NCBI RefSeq assembly: GCF_030028105.1
Contig: NC_092380.1
Span: forward strand, 20,113,144 to 20,177,143
Reading direction: 5' to 3'
Length of the DNA: 64,000 bases
Source: Mobula birostris
Lineage: Eukaryota
Part shown: positions 1-11,449 of the stretch, one piece after another
How the letters are laid out: each line of letters starts with the position of its first letter
Position numbering within the stretch: the first letter of the stretch is position 1
Notes under the pieces: generated by a model
What the model was told of the DNA's origin: nothing
What the model saw: only the letters and a program-made list of their open reading frames with translations
Database searches by the model: none
Program-made: the position numbers and the translations under genes

Positions 1-753
1 ATGATAGAGAATTACAAAGATTCGCCAACCTTTGAGGGAAGAGATTTTTCTTCATTTCGGTTCTAAATTGCCTCCCCATTAATTTGAGATTGTGACTCCT
101 GATTCTAGAGTCCTTAATGGAGGGAAACGTCATTGTGGTAGAGCCCTCCATATCTCAATGTAATCATCTCCCCATTGCCTAACTTCTAGAGCAAGGGTTC
201 CCAGCCTCTCTATGCCACAGACCCCTACCATTAACTGAGGTGCTAATAGACCCCAGGTTGGGAACCCCTGCTCTAGAAAATGGCCCCAGGCCTCTCAAGC
301 TCTCCTCACATGACCTGTTATCTTCCATCAGACAAGGGTTTAACTGGACGATCAGAGGAGCAGTGCGGGGGTGAACAGAAGGAAAATGGGCAGAAATAAA
401 TCCCTCAGATGTAACCGTTTATGACTGTTACAACCCAAACTGTTCAATTCTAACTGGAGCCTGACAGTGACAATTCAGAGGGGCCTGTTGACACTATAGA
501 AACTGCAGGACAGTTCAGACACTTGAGGCTCTGAGCTGTGGGTAATATTGGCACACATATTTAGAAACTTCAGAACCAATGACCAGAGAGACCTCACTGG
601 AGCTGTAATCTACATGGGGTTCACCCCATCCCAACCTCCCATAGACACTCTCCCCGCATAGAAAACCTCCAGTGTTTATAAACTAGCTTCCCCGTTTTTG
701 AGAGGAGGAGAACCACAAAGAGATTCACTGATGAACAGGAACACTTACTGGGC

Positions 754-818
754 TCAAACGGCAGGATCCAAGCTAACAAACGAAGCCAGCTCACCTTTCT
801 GGGCAGGCACGTCATCTG
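754..818 (-). CDS. Cytoplasmic-tail exon (A)DDVPAQKGELASFVSLDPAV*
   Basis: Acceptor aatcttttttag|CAGAT. Phase-1 entry gives an open frame to TGA at 756-754, then CA|GTAAGT at 749/748, i.e. a 3'UTR intron. Small exons between 818 and 13725 cannot be excluded. Confidence 0.62.
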
Positions 819-2439
819 CTAAAAAAGATTCGAGTACAATTTTTATTGAAGCTGCAAGGAACATTCGAAGGAAGTTTCAAAAAGGGCAGTGGGGAGATGG
901 AAGGAAGTCAGTCCACCCTACTCGGGTTCCTAGAAGTCCCTGGGGATTTTGCCAGGCACGTGACGTACATTGGAGTCTGAGGTAGGTAGACGCTTTCTAG
1001 AGCTTTGACCAGGTGGAGGAGACAAAATATTTCCAGCCTCCTGCATTGTTGGATAAACGCTGTGTTCAGACCATCCATGGTCTTGGATCTGCTCCCTCAA
1101 CATGAAACAGAGATGTCTGTGGCACCCTCAGACCTGGGTACAAAGTGCAAGCAAGGCAACACCTAACACGTGGAATTTTTGGGCCATCAACTCCAGCAAC
1201 GTACAGGCAGCACAGAAGGGGCCGATGCTGCTGTTCATGGTCCACTACATGCCTCCTCCCACTAGATTTCACTCAATTCTACCACTGAAGCTATCAATTC
1301 CTGACTCCCTTAGGTGCTGCTTCGAGCTTCCCCTACTGACCACATCAGTTGTTTCACGCACTCACTCCCTTTGGTAGGCGGTCTACCTTCCCTATCAGTC
1401 TCCAGGTGGCAGAGCTTCTCCTGCACCCTTCATCCGTACCTGAGAAACTCTATGGCACAGGAGCAGCCCATTCAACTCATTGTAGCCTCACTGGTGAAAA
1501 GAGTTACCCCACTTAATGCCACTAGTAGGAATTGCTCTTTGGCAGTAAATTTACAAGCACCATCATCCAATGGAAAAAGCCATTCGTCATCTCCCCGCTG
1601 ATATCTCCACAATCACTTAGAGCTGTTATCTCTTGGGTTTTGGCCCAGTTAAAGGAAATATTTAATCTAGCTAGCCCCTCTTAACTTTATTCACCTCAGT
1701 TAACTCTGCACTCAACTTCCTCAGTTCTAAAGACAACTATTGTCCCTCGTCCAATCTTCCCTACAGTGCAGGCAATATCCTTACGAATCTACTCTGAACC
1801 ATCTCCAGTGTAATTTTACTTTTCCTGTAGTCTGACTACTACTGTTAATTGTGTCACATGCCATTCTGCCCATCAAGATTATACTGGCTCTTGGAGCAAA
1901 CTGATTCAGCAATATTTCTTGGAACCAATGTTCCCTGGTGCACCCACGATGTCTACCTTTATTGTCCTTTCAGCCACCTAGATCATGGACACTTCAAGTA
2001 ACTAGCTAACCTATCAACCTGCATGTCTTTGGGATGAGGGAGGAGACCAGAGCAGCTGGGGGAAAGACACGGTCACAGGTAGAGCATGCAAACTCCACGC
2101 GGGCAGCAACAGAGGTTGGACCTGAAATGGTGAGGCAGCAGCACGACCTGCTGTACCAGCGCATCTCTCACACAAAATCCCTGCTCTTACATTCAATGCC
2201 TCCATCAAGAAAGGACAGAACACGGTTCCGTATGTCTGGTAAACCACCACGTTGACCTGTGCTGACACCCTCAAGGGGCTGTGGTGTACATTCCAAGATG
2301 ACCCTGTTGATGCATAGCACTCAGTATACTCCCATTTATTATATCATTACAATTTATTTTCAACCCCCAACGGTTTAAGGCCCCTAACTTTTTATAATCC
2401 ACATCAATGTGGATCTTTTATTCCAGACATCTTTAAGTA

Positions 2440-2947
2440 CAATTCCGTGCAAACGTCTTAGACACAGATATATATAGCTAGGGCACCCAAGACTTTTGCA
2501 CAGAACTGTGGTAATTTTATGTGTTGTTCTGTACTGCTGCCACAAAAAAAAATCATGACATGTGAGTGCTGATAAACCTGATTCTGGTATGGGTCTCTAT
2601 TGTGGACGGAGAGTGGGGAATCGTGGTTTGGAAAGGGGGAAGGGAGAGGGGAGGGAGCAGGAGGGACCAGGGAGACATTCTGTGATGATCAGTAATCCAA
2701 TTGTATGGAATCAAATGACTTGCCTGGTGTCTCAGGGCTGGGTGTGTCTGCCCCTGCCCCTGGCACGCCTTCTCTGCCACCTGACCCACACCCCTCCTGC
2801 GGCACTCCACCATCACCATTCCCAACATCTTTTGCTCCTACTAGAGATTCGAGCTTGCTCTCCGCTCCCAGTTGACAAATATAGTGCGTGCAAAAGTCTG
2901 AAGTGCCTTCGCTACATATATGTGCCAAAGACTTTTGCACGGTATTG
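2440..2947. mobile_element. TA-flanked composite Tc1/mariner-type MITE, copy 1
   Basis: Each end is a ~65-bp mini-palindrome of TIR consensus cagtactgtgcaaaagtcttaggcac. Interior homologous to 40585-41094. Confidence 0.7.
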
Positions 2948-3776
2948 TAGGTTACAATTTGTTCAGAGATCAGTGAGTGGTTGATAGTGGCGAAGAAGCT
3001 AAAGACTAAAGCAACAGCCCGTAGCAACAGGGTGAGCAACTGCGACTCAATCTGGAGAAGGCGAGGAAATGCATTTCGAGAGCGCAAGGTGGTGAGGGAA
3101 TGCAGACTAGTTGTACTGTAGGTGAGCAGAGGGGTCTGGCATTGTATGGTCACATTTACCTAAAGGTGACGGGGCAGAAAAGGCAGAGGAAGTAGTTTTC
3201 TTTAACACTCAAGGTACAAAAGAGACAGGTCAGGAAGTCAGGCTGGAGCTGCAGAAAACACATCAGTTTTACAGTAGTGCTCCGATCACAAGGTTACCAG
3301 AAGAATGTGGTGGAGCTAGAGGTGTTTTACAAGGACTTTTCCCGGGGATGAGGAAGTTCCATTACGTTTGTCTCGGCAGGTGTCATTTTCTTAGAATAGC
3401 AGAAACCGAGGGGAGATTCAACCAAGATTTTTAAAACTATATGAAACATAGGTGGAACAAAGAGGAACCTGGTTTATTTAAGAGGAAGGCCAAAGAAATC
3501 AGGAAGTAGAAAGTTAAGGTAACTTATGGAGTCATACAGCACAGGAAGAGGCCTGTATTCGGCCTGTGTCCTTGCACCCCTTTCCCATCCAAGTACCTTT
3601 TAACCATTGTCGTTGTACCCGCCTCCACCACCTCCTCTGGCAGCTCATTCCAGATATTCACCATTTTCTGTGTGAACACTTACCCCTTGGGGGGGGGGGA
3701 CATGGAGGGAACCCAGAGTGATGGGAGTTAGGTGACAGTGTCTGCGTTGCTGGGTCCATGAATGGATGGATCATTC

Positions 3777-4218
3777 TGTCACATGGTGGGTGGCGATGGC
3801 AGACCCAAATGCAGGACACAGACACTGAAGTACTAGGAACAGGACTTGACTAGAGTAGGGATGTGACAGGATACAGTCAAGGAGCAGGGACAAGAACACA
3901 GACTTGGGCTAGGACATGGACTAGACAGGGAACCCGGACAAGGAACTATAAACTAGGAGCCTGGGCTTGGACTCTGAGCCAGAGACTGGACAAGGACCCA
4001 GAACCTGGGTCTTGCCTCAGGCTCGGACCCCAGAACTAGGCAAGGACATGACATGGCTACAGGACAGGACATGGCTGGTGTCTTGGATCTTGAGGCTTGA
4101 GGCTGGGGTCTTGGGTCTTGAGGCTTGAGGCTGAGGTCTTGGGTCTTGAGGCTTGAGGCTGAGGTCTTGGGTCTTGGATCTTGAGGCTTGAGGCTGGTGT
4201 CTTAGGTCTTGAGGCTTG
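3777..4218 (-). mobile_element. Gypsy-like LTR fragment with internal subrepeats
   Basis: Minus strand ends ...catttgggtctgcc...gtgaca. Tandem (tcttgaggcttgaggc) units. Homologous to 63541-64000. Confidence 0.55.
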
Positions 4219-6267
4219 CCCCTTAGATCGCCTTTAAATTCCTCCCCTCGCACCTTAAATCTATAGCTTCCAGTTCTAGATTCCCCTATTCAGGGATAAA
4301 GCTCTGACTATCTACCCTGTGTATACCCTATTTATAAACCTCTATAAAGGTCAGTCCTCAGCTCCGGTGAGAATAACCCCAACCTACCTAATCTGTCCTT
4401 ATCTCCTGACCCCCATTCCAGGCAGTATCCTGGTGAACCTCTCCTGCATTCCCTATTGCTGCAGCATCTTTTCCATATGACACAGTACTCTAAGTGCACT
4501 CCCGTGTTTTGTGAAACTTCAACATGACAGCCCAACATTTATACTCAATGAACCAGCCTATGAAGCCAAGCCTACCAAATGCTGTCTTCACTCCCTTATA
4601 TAACCATCTGGCCTCTTTTTGGGAGCTGTTAGGGCATATTCTGGACTTGGGTATATTGCAGAATAATAATTTCAGCAACCAATCTTTAGACCTGAACACA
4701 GACTGTAGATTAAATTTAAAATGTAGCCCTGTTCAATAGGTTTTTAGAGGTGAACAGGAGTTAATTGAGAAACAGACAATGCTGATTAACATTCATTTTG
4801 GGTGTCCGGAGCGTGGGTGCGAAGAAGGAGCTGTGAAAGTTATATGTAATTCAAAGGAAGCATTGTAGATACATTGTAACCTTTGATCTCTAGCATATAA
4901 AATTTCATGTAATACTGGGTCAAACAGGCCTCTCTAAAATGAGTGTGTCTCATTTTGTCGAATGAAAGACTGCTTTATATCTACAGCTCCATCTCTCCAG
5001 TGACTTAATTCACCTTGTACACAACTCTTCTGACATTTACTCTGCATGTCCTACCATGCATCCTTAGACAATCTACTTCGCTGAGTCCTGCAAACTTACT
5101 AATCATCCCCCTACATTCTCACGTATATAAATTGTTAGGACATTTAATGAAGTGTGTGAGAACACAGAAAATAGAACAGTACATATCAGGAACAGGCCCT
5201 TCAGCTGTGATGTAGTGTCCAACTAGTAATTAAAGTTCAAAGTAAACTTTTATCCAAGTACATATATGTCACCATATACAATCCTGACATTTATTTTCTT
5301 GCAAGTATGCTCAATAAATAATGACCATAACAGAAGCAATGAAAGACCACCCAACTTGGGCATTCAACCACAGTGCTAAAGACAACAACCTGTGCAAATA
5401 AGAAGGAAGAAATAATAAGAATAAATAAATAAGCAAAAAATATCGAGGACATGAGATGAAGAGTCCTTGAAAGTGCGTCCATTGGTGGTGGGACCATTTC
5501 AATGATGGGGTAAGTGACGTTGAGTGAAGTTATCCCCTTTGGTTCAAGAGCCTGATGGTTGAGACCTAACTGATTAAATGCCTGAATGAACTAATCCTTT
5601 CTGCCTGCACTATATTCCCCCATTCTCTTCCATTCTCTTCACATGCATTTGCCTATCTATGAATCTCTTCAATACCTCTATCATATTTGCCTACAGTACC
5701 CTCCCTGCCACCTCATTCAAGGTACCCAACACTCCCTGTGTAAAGACAACTTGCCTCGCACAACTCCTTTGAAGTTGCCCCCCTCATCTTAAATGTAGAC
5801 CCTCTACTACAAGACATTTCAACCCTGGGAAAAAGAAGCAGGCTGTATCTTTACCTATTTTGCTTTACTCTGATAATCATATAAATTTCTCTCAGGTCTC
5901 CTCTCAGCCTCCAGCACTCCAGAGAAAACTACCCGACTTTATCCACTTTCTCCTGATAGCACATGCCCTCTAATCCAGGCAGCATCCTGGTAAAAAATCT
6001 TCCACACCCTCTCCAAAGTCTCTAAATACTTCATGTAACGGGGTGACCAGAACTGAGTGTGGTGCTTCAGATGTGGTCTAACCAGACTTTTCTACGGCTG
6101 CAATATGACTTCCCTTGAACTCATTGCCTTAACTACTAAAGGCAACAATGCCAAATGCCTTCTTTACCACCCTGACATGTTTTTAATAAAAAGGCTGTGG
6201 TGTCAGAGAGGGGTGGTCGTTGATCGGGTGATGTCAGGTTTGAAAGGTAGTTGGATGTATTGAAACA

Positions 6268-6647
6268 TATGGGTGGAGGGGTGGGTGGAGATACATCTCT
6301 ACTAAAGGAGGTCTAAGGCACTCCTTCCCTCTGCTAGCCTGCAGGTCACCCATGGGCAAGGTGTAGCACCCGCTTAGCCCCACGATCAGGGTCACGTGAA
6401 GCCATGGGAGCAGGTGGTGGACGGTCGTATGAGCAGCTGGTGCATATCGCAAGTCCTGGTTATGTGACCTCTGACACCAGGTAGACAACCTCTGAAGAGT
6501 ATTGATAATGGCTGGGGTCGCCCGTCTTGTAAAGCACTGCCCAGAAGGTGATGGAAAACCACTTCTGTAGAAAAATTTGCCAAGAGCAATCGTGGTCAGG
6601 AAGACCATGATCACCCACTTCATACGACATGGCACATAAAGATGATG
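6268..6647 (+). mobile_element. RTE-related short element (Bov-A-like gatggcaaaccact motif family)
   Basis: Highly similar copies at 18191-18535 plus 16655-16777 (minus, split by CR1) and at 62790-63170. Confidence 0.75.
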
Positions 6648-6895
6648 GTGTGCTGTCGGACAGCAGCAGTAGTTGATTGGCTGGTGTCAGGTTGAAAGGT
6701 AATTGGACGCACTGAAACTCATGGACTGGGACACGGAAGAGGGGAGTAGTCTTAATAGTCTTTTTTTTCAGCTGATATGGACACAATGGGTCGGATGGGG
6801 CCCACCTGCATCACAGGTTGCATGATTTCCAACTTGCTGAGGCGCTGCAAAGTTGAGACTGCAGGATTGTTTCATAATCTCTGGAGAGGGAGAAA

Positions 6896-7006
6896 GTCAC
6901 CCAGGTGTCTCAGCTCTGGCTACTCTCTGGAGATGGGGTTGGTCACCCAGGTGCCTCAGCTCTGGCTACTCTCAGGAGACGGAGATGGTCAGCCAGGTGT
7001 CTCAGG
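6896..7006 (+). repeat. 46-bp tandem repeat (about 2.4 copies)
   Basis: gtcacccaggtgtctcagctctggctactctc units. Confidence 0.8.
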
Positions 7007-8449
7007 TGGTGGGGAGAGAGACAGGCTGCTTTGCCTTTGTAATGTCAGAAAGTTAAAGAGCCAGGGCTCTGCTCCAAACCTGGTCCTTGATGTCGCTAAG
7101 GAGCTCTACATACCAACTACTGCTCTGCATGGATGAGATAGGTGGTGATGCTCCCCCTGCTTTGGTCTAAGGCTGTCGGACATAAACCTGGCAGCATGTA
7201 ATTTTCAATTGGGAAATGCCACAATCGCCAATCAATCAGAGGAAATAACTTCAGCCCTCATCACAGCTGAGCTGTGCATTTTTATGGTGGAACTGGAATA
7301 AGCTTGCTGAAACCAGAAACCTGCGTATTCCGATATCTGCTGCAGAAATCCCAAAATATTTTTGTTTCTTCAGTCACTTTGATGAACAGAATATAACTGT
7401 CAAATGATTGCAACATGATGTAACGTAGGAGAGGTAGGAGAGCTTTAGAGAGCTAGGCGCCAAATGCAGGCAGAAGCCTCCAGCTCATTGGGCTGGCATA
7501 GGCAAGTTGGGCCAAATGGCCTGCTTTCCTGCTGTATAATGTGGCCTTTCATATTCTTGATTTTGAGGGGCACGTGGCATGGTTGGCAGGGGCACTGCCT
7601 CACCGCTCCAGAGACTTGGATTTAATCCTGAACGCCGGTGCGGTCTGTGTGGAGTCTACATGGTTCCCCCAGCCCCACCTGCCGTGATCGCTGGTTGTCT
7701 CCCACATCCCAAAGGCATGCGTTGGTCGCGGTAAAATACATTGAGTGTTTGGGTCAGGGGTGGAATCTGATGGCAATATGGAGAGAATTTCTTTTTTAAT
7801 TAGATTAGAGTAGTCTTATTATAAGGGAATAGCTGATGCTTGGCAGTACCTTAGGACCAGTTTCTGTTTTGTATGAACCCATAATTTAACTGTATCGGTC
7901 TCTGCTGTTTCTTTGGCAGTGGATCAACTGACTGGAGAATGTTGGCCTGTTGCAAGGGCAACAGCTTGCTCTCCGTATTATATTGTCCTGGCTCGCGTAT
8001 CAATTTCGACAGCTGGGGGCGCAATATGTGTGGTTCACCCTAACCAACGGGGGGCCATCAATGCGTTTGATTTTGACTGGTGAGGACCTAAACTATTCAG
8101 TGGTATGTTAAACAGGGTTAGTACTCCATTAACGTGGTGTGCTGTAGGATGTTTCTGTGCTGGGTTAGTACTGACGGATACTTGACGAACATGACATGTT
8201 GAAGGACAGTTCTGTGCAGTGTGACTCTGCAACTCCAGGGAGGGCAGGCAAGTGACCTACTCCTGCTCCCATTTCTTGGTGTCCTACACCCCTCACTTCC
8301 TGCAGTCTTGAAAACGTCAATTTTAAAAATTAAAATAAATAACCAAAATTCATTCTATCTATCCAAAATGATCTACAAATAAAAATCAAATTCTCCTCAG
8401 CCTAGACATAAACACAATTCAGAAATCCATATGGCCATATGGGTGGAGC

Positions 8450-11320
8450 TGAGAAACAGGAAAGGTATGACCACGTTAATGGGGTTATAATTATAGACCA
8501 CCCAATAGTCAGCGAGAATTGGAGGAGCAAATCTGCAGAGAGATAGCAGGAAACATAAAGTTGTGATAGTAAGGGATTTTAATTTTCCACATACTGATTG
8601 GGATTCCCATACTGTTTAGAGTTTATAAAATGTGTTCAGGAAAGTTTTCTAAATCAATATATAGAGGTACCAACTAGAGAGGATGCAATATTAGATCTCC
8701 TATTAGGAAACAAGTTAGGACAGGTGATGGAAGTGTGTGTAGGGGAACATTTTGGTTCCAGTGATCATAACACCATTAGTTTCAACTTGATCATGGATAA
8801 AGATAGATCTGGTCCTAGGGTTGAGGTTCTAAACTGGAAAAAGGCCAAATTTGAAGAAATGAGAAAGGATCTAAAAAGCGTGGATTGGGACAGGATGTTC
8901 TCTGGCAAGGATGTAATTGGTAAGTGGGAGGCCTTCAAAGGAGAAATTTTGACAGTGCAGAGTTTGTATGTTCCTGTCAGGATTAAAGGCAAAGTGAATA
9001 GGAATAAGGAACAACAGGAATTCTGCAGATGCTGGAAATTCAAGCAACACACATCAAAGTTGCTGGTGAACGCAGCAGGCCAAGCAGCATCTGTAGGAAG
9101 TGGTGCAGTTGACGTTTCAGGCCGAGACCCTTCGTCAGGACTAACTGAAGGAAGAGTGAGTAAGGGATTTGAAAGTTGGAGGGGGAGGGGGAGATCCAAA
9201 ATGATAGGAGAAGACAGGAGGGGGAGGGATAGAGCCAAGAGCTGGACAGGTGATAGGCAAAAGGGGATACGAGAGGATCATGGGACAGGGGTAAGGAATA
9301 AGGAACCTTGGTTCTCGAGGGATATTGGAACCGATAAAGAAGAGAGAGATGTATGACATGTATGGGAAACAGGGAGCAAATAAAGTGCTTGAGGAGTATA
9401 AAAAGTGCAAAAAAAGTACTTAAGAAAGAAATCAGGAGGGCTAAAAGAAGACATGAAGACATGAGGTTGCTTTGGCAGTCAAGGTGAAGGATAATCCAAA
9501 GAGCTTCTACAGGTATATTAAGAGCAAAAGGATAGTAAGGGATAAAATTGGTCCTCTTGAAGATCAGAGTGGTCAGCTATGTATGGAACCAAAAGAAATG
9601 GGGGAAATCTTAAATGGGTGTTTTGCATCTGTATTTACTAAGGAAACTGGCATAGGGTCAATGGAAATAAGGCAAATAAGTAGTGAGGTCATGGAACCTA
9701 TACAGATTGAGGAGGATGAGGTGCTTGCTATCTTGAGGCAAATCAGAGTAGAATAATTCCCAGGACTTGACAGGGTATTCCCTCGGACCTTGAAGGGGAC
9801 TAGTGTTGAAATTGCAGGGGCCCTGGCAGATAGATTTAAAATGTCGCTGTCTACAGGTGAGGTGTCAGAGGATTGGAGAGTGGCTCATGTTGTTCCGTTA
9901 TTTAAAAAAGGTTCTAAAAGTAATCCAGGAAATTATAGGCCAGTAAGTTTGACGTTGGTAGTAGGTAAATTATTGGAAGGAGTACTAAGAGATAGGATCT
10001 ACAAGCATTTGGATAAACAGGGACTTATTAGGGAGAGTCAACATGGCTTTGTGCATGGTAGGTCATGTTTAACCAATCTATTAGAGTTTTTCAAAGAGGT
10101 TACCAGGAAAGTGGATGAAGGGAAGGCAGTGGATATTGTCTACATGGACTTCAGTAAGGCCTTTGACAAGGTCCCGCATGGGAGGTTAGTTACGAAGATT
10201 CACTCACTAGGTATACATGGAGAGGTAGTAAATTGGATTAGACATTGGCTCAATGGAAGAAGCCAGAGAGTGGTAATGGAGGATTGCTTCTCTGGGTGGA
10301 GGCCTGTGACTAGTGGTGTGCCACAGGGATCAGTGCTGGATCCATTGTCATTTGTCATCTATATCAATGATCTGGATGATAATGTGGTAAATTAGATCAG
10401 CAAATTTGCTGATGATACAAAGATTGGAGGTGTAGTGGACAGTGAGGCAGGTTTTCAAAGCTTGCAGAGGGATTTGGACCAGCTGGAAAAATGGGCTGAA
10501 AGATGGCAGATGGAGTTTAATACAGACAAGTGTGAGGTATTGCACTTTGGAAGGACAAACCAAGGTAGAACATACAAGGTAAATGGTAGGGCACTGAGGA
10601 GTGCAGTGGAACAGAGGGATCTGGGAATACAGATACAAAATTAACCTCACAGGTGGCGTCACAGGTAGATAGGGTCATAAAGAGAGCTTTTGGTACATTG
10701 GCCTTTATAAATCAAAGTATTGAGTATAAGAGTTGGAATGTTATGGTGAGATTGTATAAGGCATTGGTGAGGCCGAATTTGGAGTATTGTGTTCAGTTTT
10801 GGTCACCAAATTACAGGAAGGATATTAATAAGGTTGAAAGAGTGCAGAGAAGGTTTACAAGGATGTTGCCGGGACTTGAGAAACTAAGTTACAGGGTAAG
10901 GTTGAATAGGTTAGGACTTTATTCCCTGGAGCATAGAAGAATGAGGGGAGATTTGATAAAGGTATATAAAATTATGATGGGTATAGATAGAGTGAATGCA
11001 AGCAGGCTTTTTCCACCGAGGCTAGGGGAGAAAAAAACCAGAGGACATGGGTTAAGGGTGAAGGGGAGAAAGTTTAAAGGGAACATTGGGGGGGCTGCTT
11101 CTTCACACAGAGAGTGGTGGGAGTGTGGAATGAGCTGCCAGATGATGTGGTAAATGCGGCTCACTTTTAAAATTTAAGAAAAACTTGGACAGGTACATGG
11201 ATGAGAGGTGTATGGAGGGATATCGTCCAGGTGCAGGTCAGTGGGACTAGGCAGAAAAATGGTTCAGCACAGCCAAGAAGGGCCAAAAGGCCTGTTTCTG
11301 TGCTGTAATGTTTTATGGTT
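8450..11320 (+). mobile_element. CR1 LINE, large ORF2 fragment (endonuclease end, RT, 3' UTR), inactivated
   Basis: ORF pieces carry CR1 RT motifs ([42 protein letters not shown], then SKFADD after a TAG). Stops, frameshifts and an insertion at 9013-9293. Confidence 0.95.
9013..9293 (-). mobile_element. Penelope terminal fragment with hammerhead-like motif inserted in CR1
   Basis: 13-bp direct repeat aggaataaggaac at 9000-9012 and 9294-9306. Minus strand reads CTGACGAAGGGTCTCGGCCTGAAACGTC. Confidence 0.88.
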
Positions 11321-11449
11321 CCATCCATCTTTTTTCACTTTCCACATCTCTTTCTTTATCAACAGCTTTTGAATTTAGTTTTCTTTTAAACTTTGAAACT
11401 GCATACAATCAGATGGGACCTGATTTCCCCCTTCCCCACCTTTAGCAAC

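Noticed and set aside
1695-1726. Heptad-like micro-exon ELRKLSAELTE (butyrophilin-style) with ag/gt borders
   Set aside because: It lies in a decayed CR1 ORF2 tail (equivalent to SLERRRLRGDLIEVYK), ends in phase 0, and has a weak pyrimidine tract.
5014-5087. Open candidate tail exon GLSEVDCLRMHGRTCRVNVRRVVYK
   Set aside because: Purine-rich acceptor context, and phase 1-0 is incompatible with the 818 exon frame that gives a sensible tail.
8598-9356. 252-aa ORF as a novel protein
   Set aside because: Chimeric read-through of CR1 ORF2 into the antisense strand of an inserted Penelope terminus.
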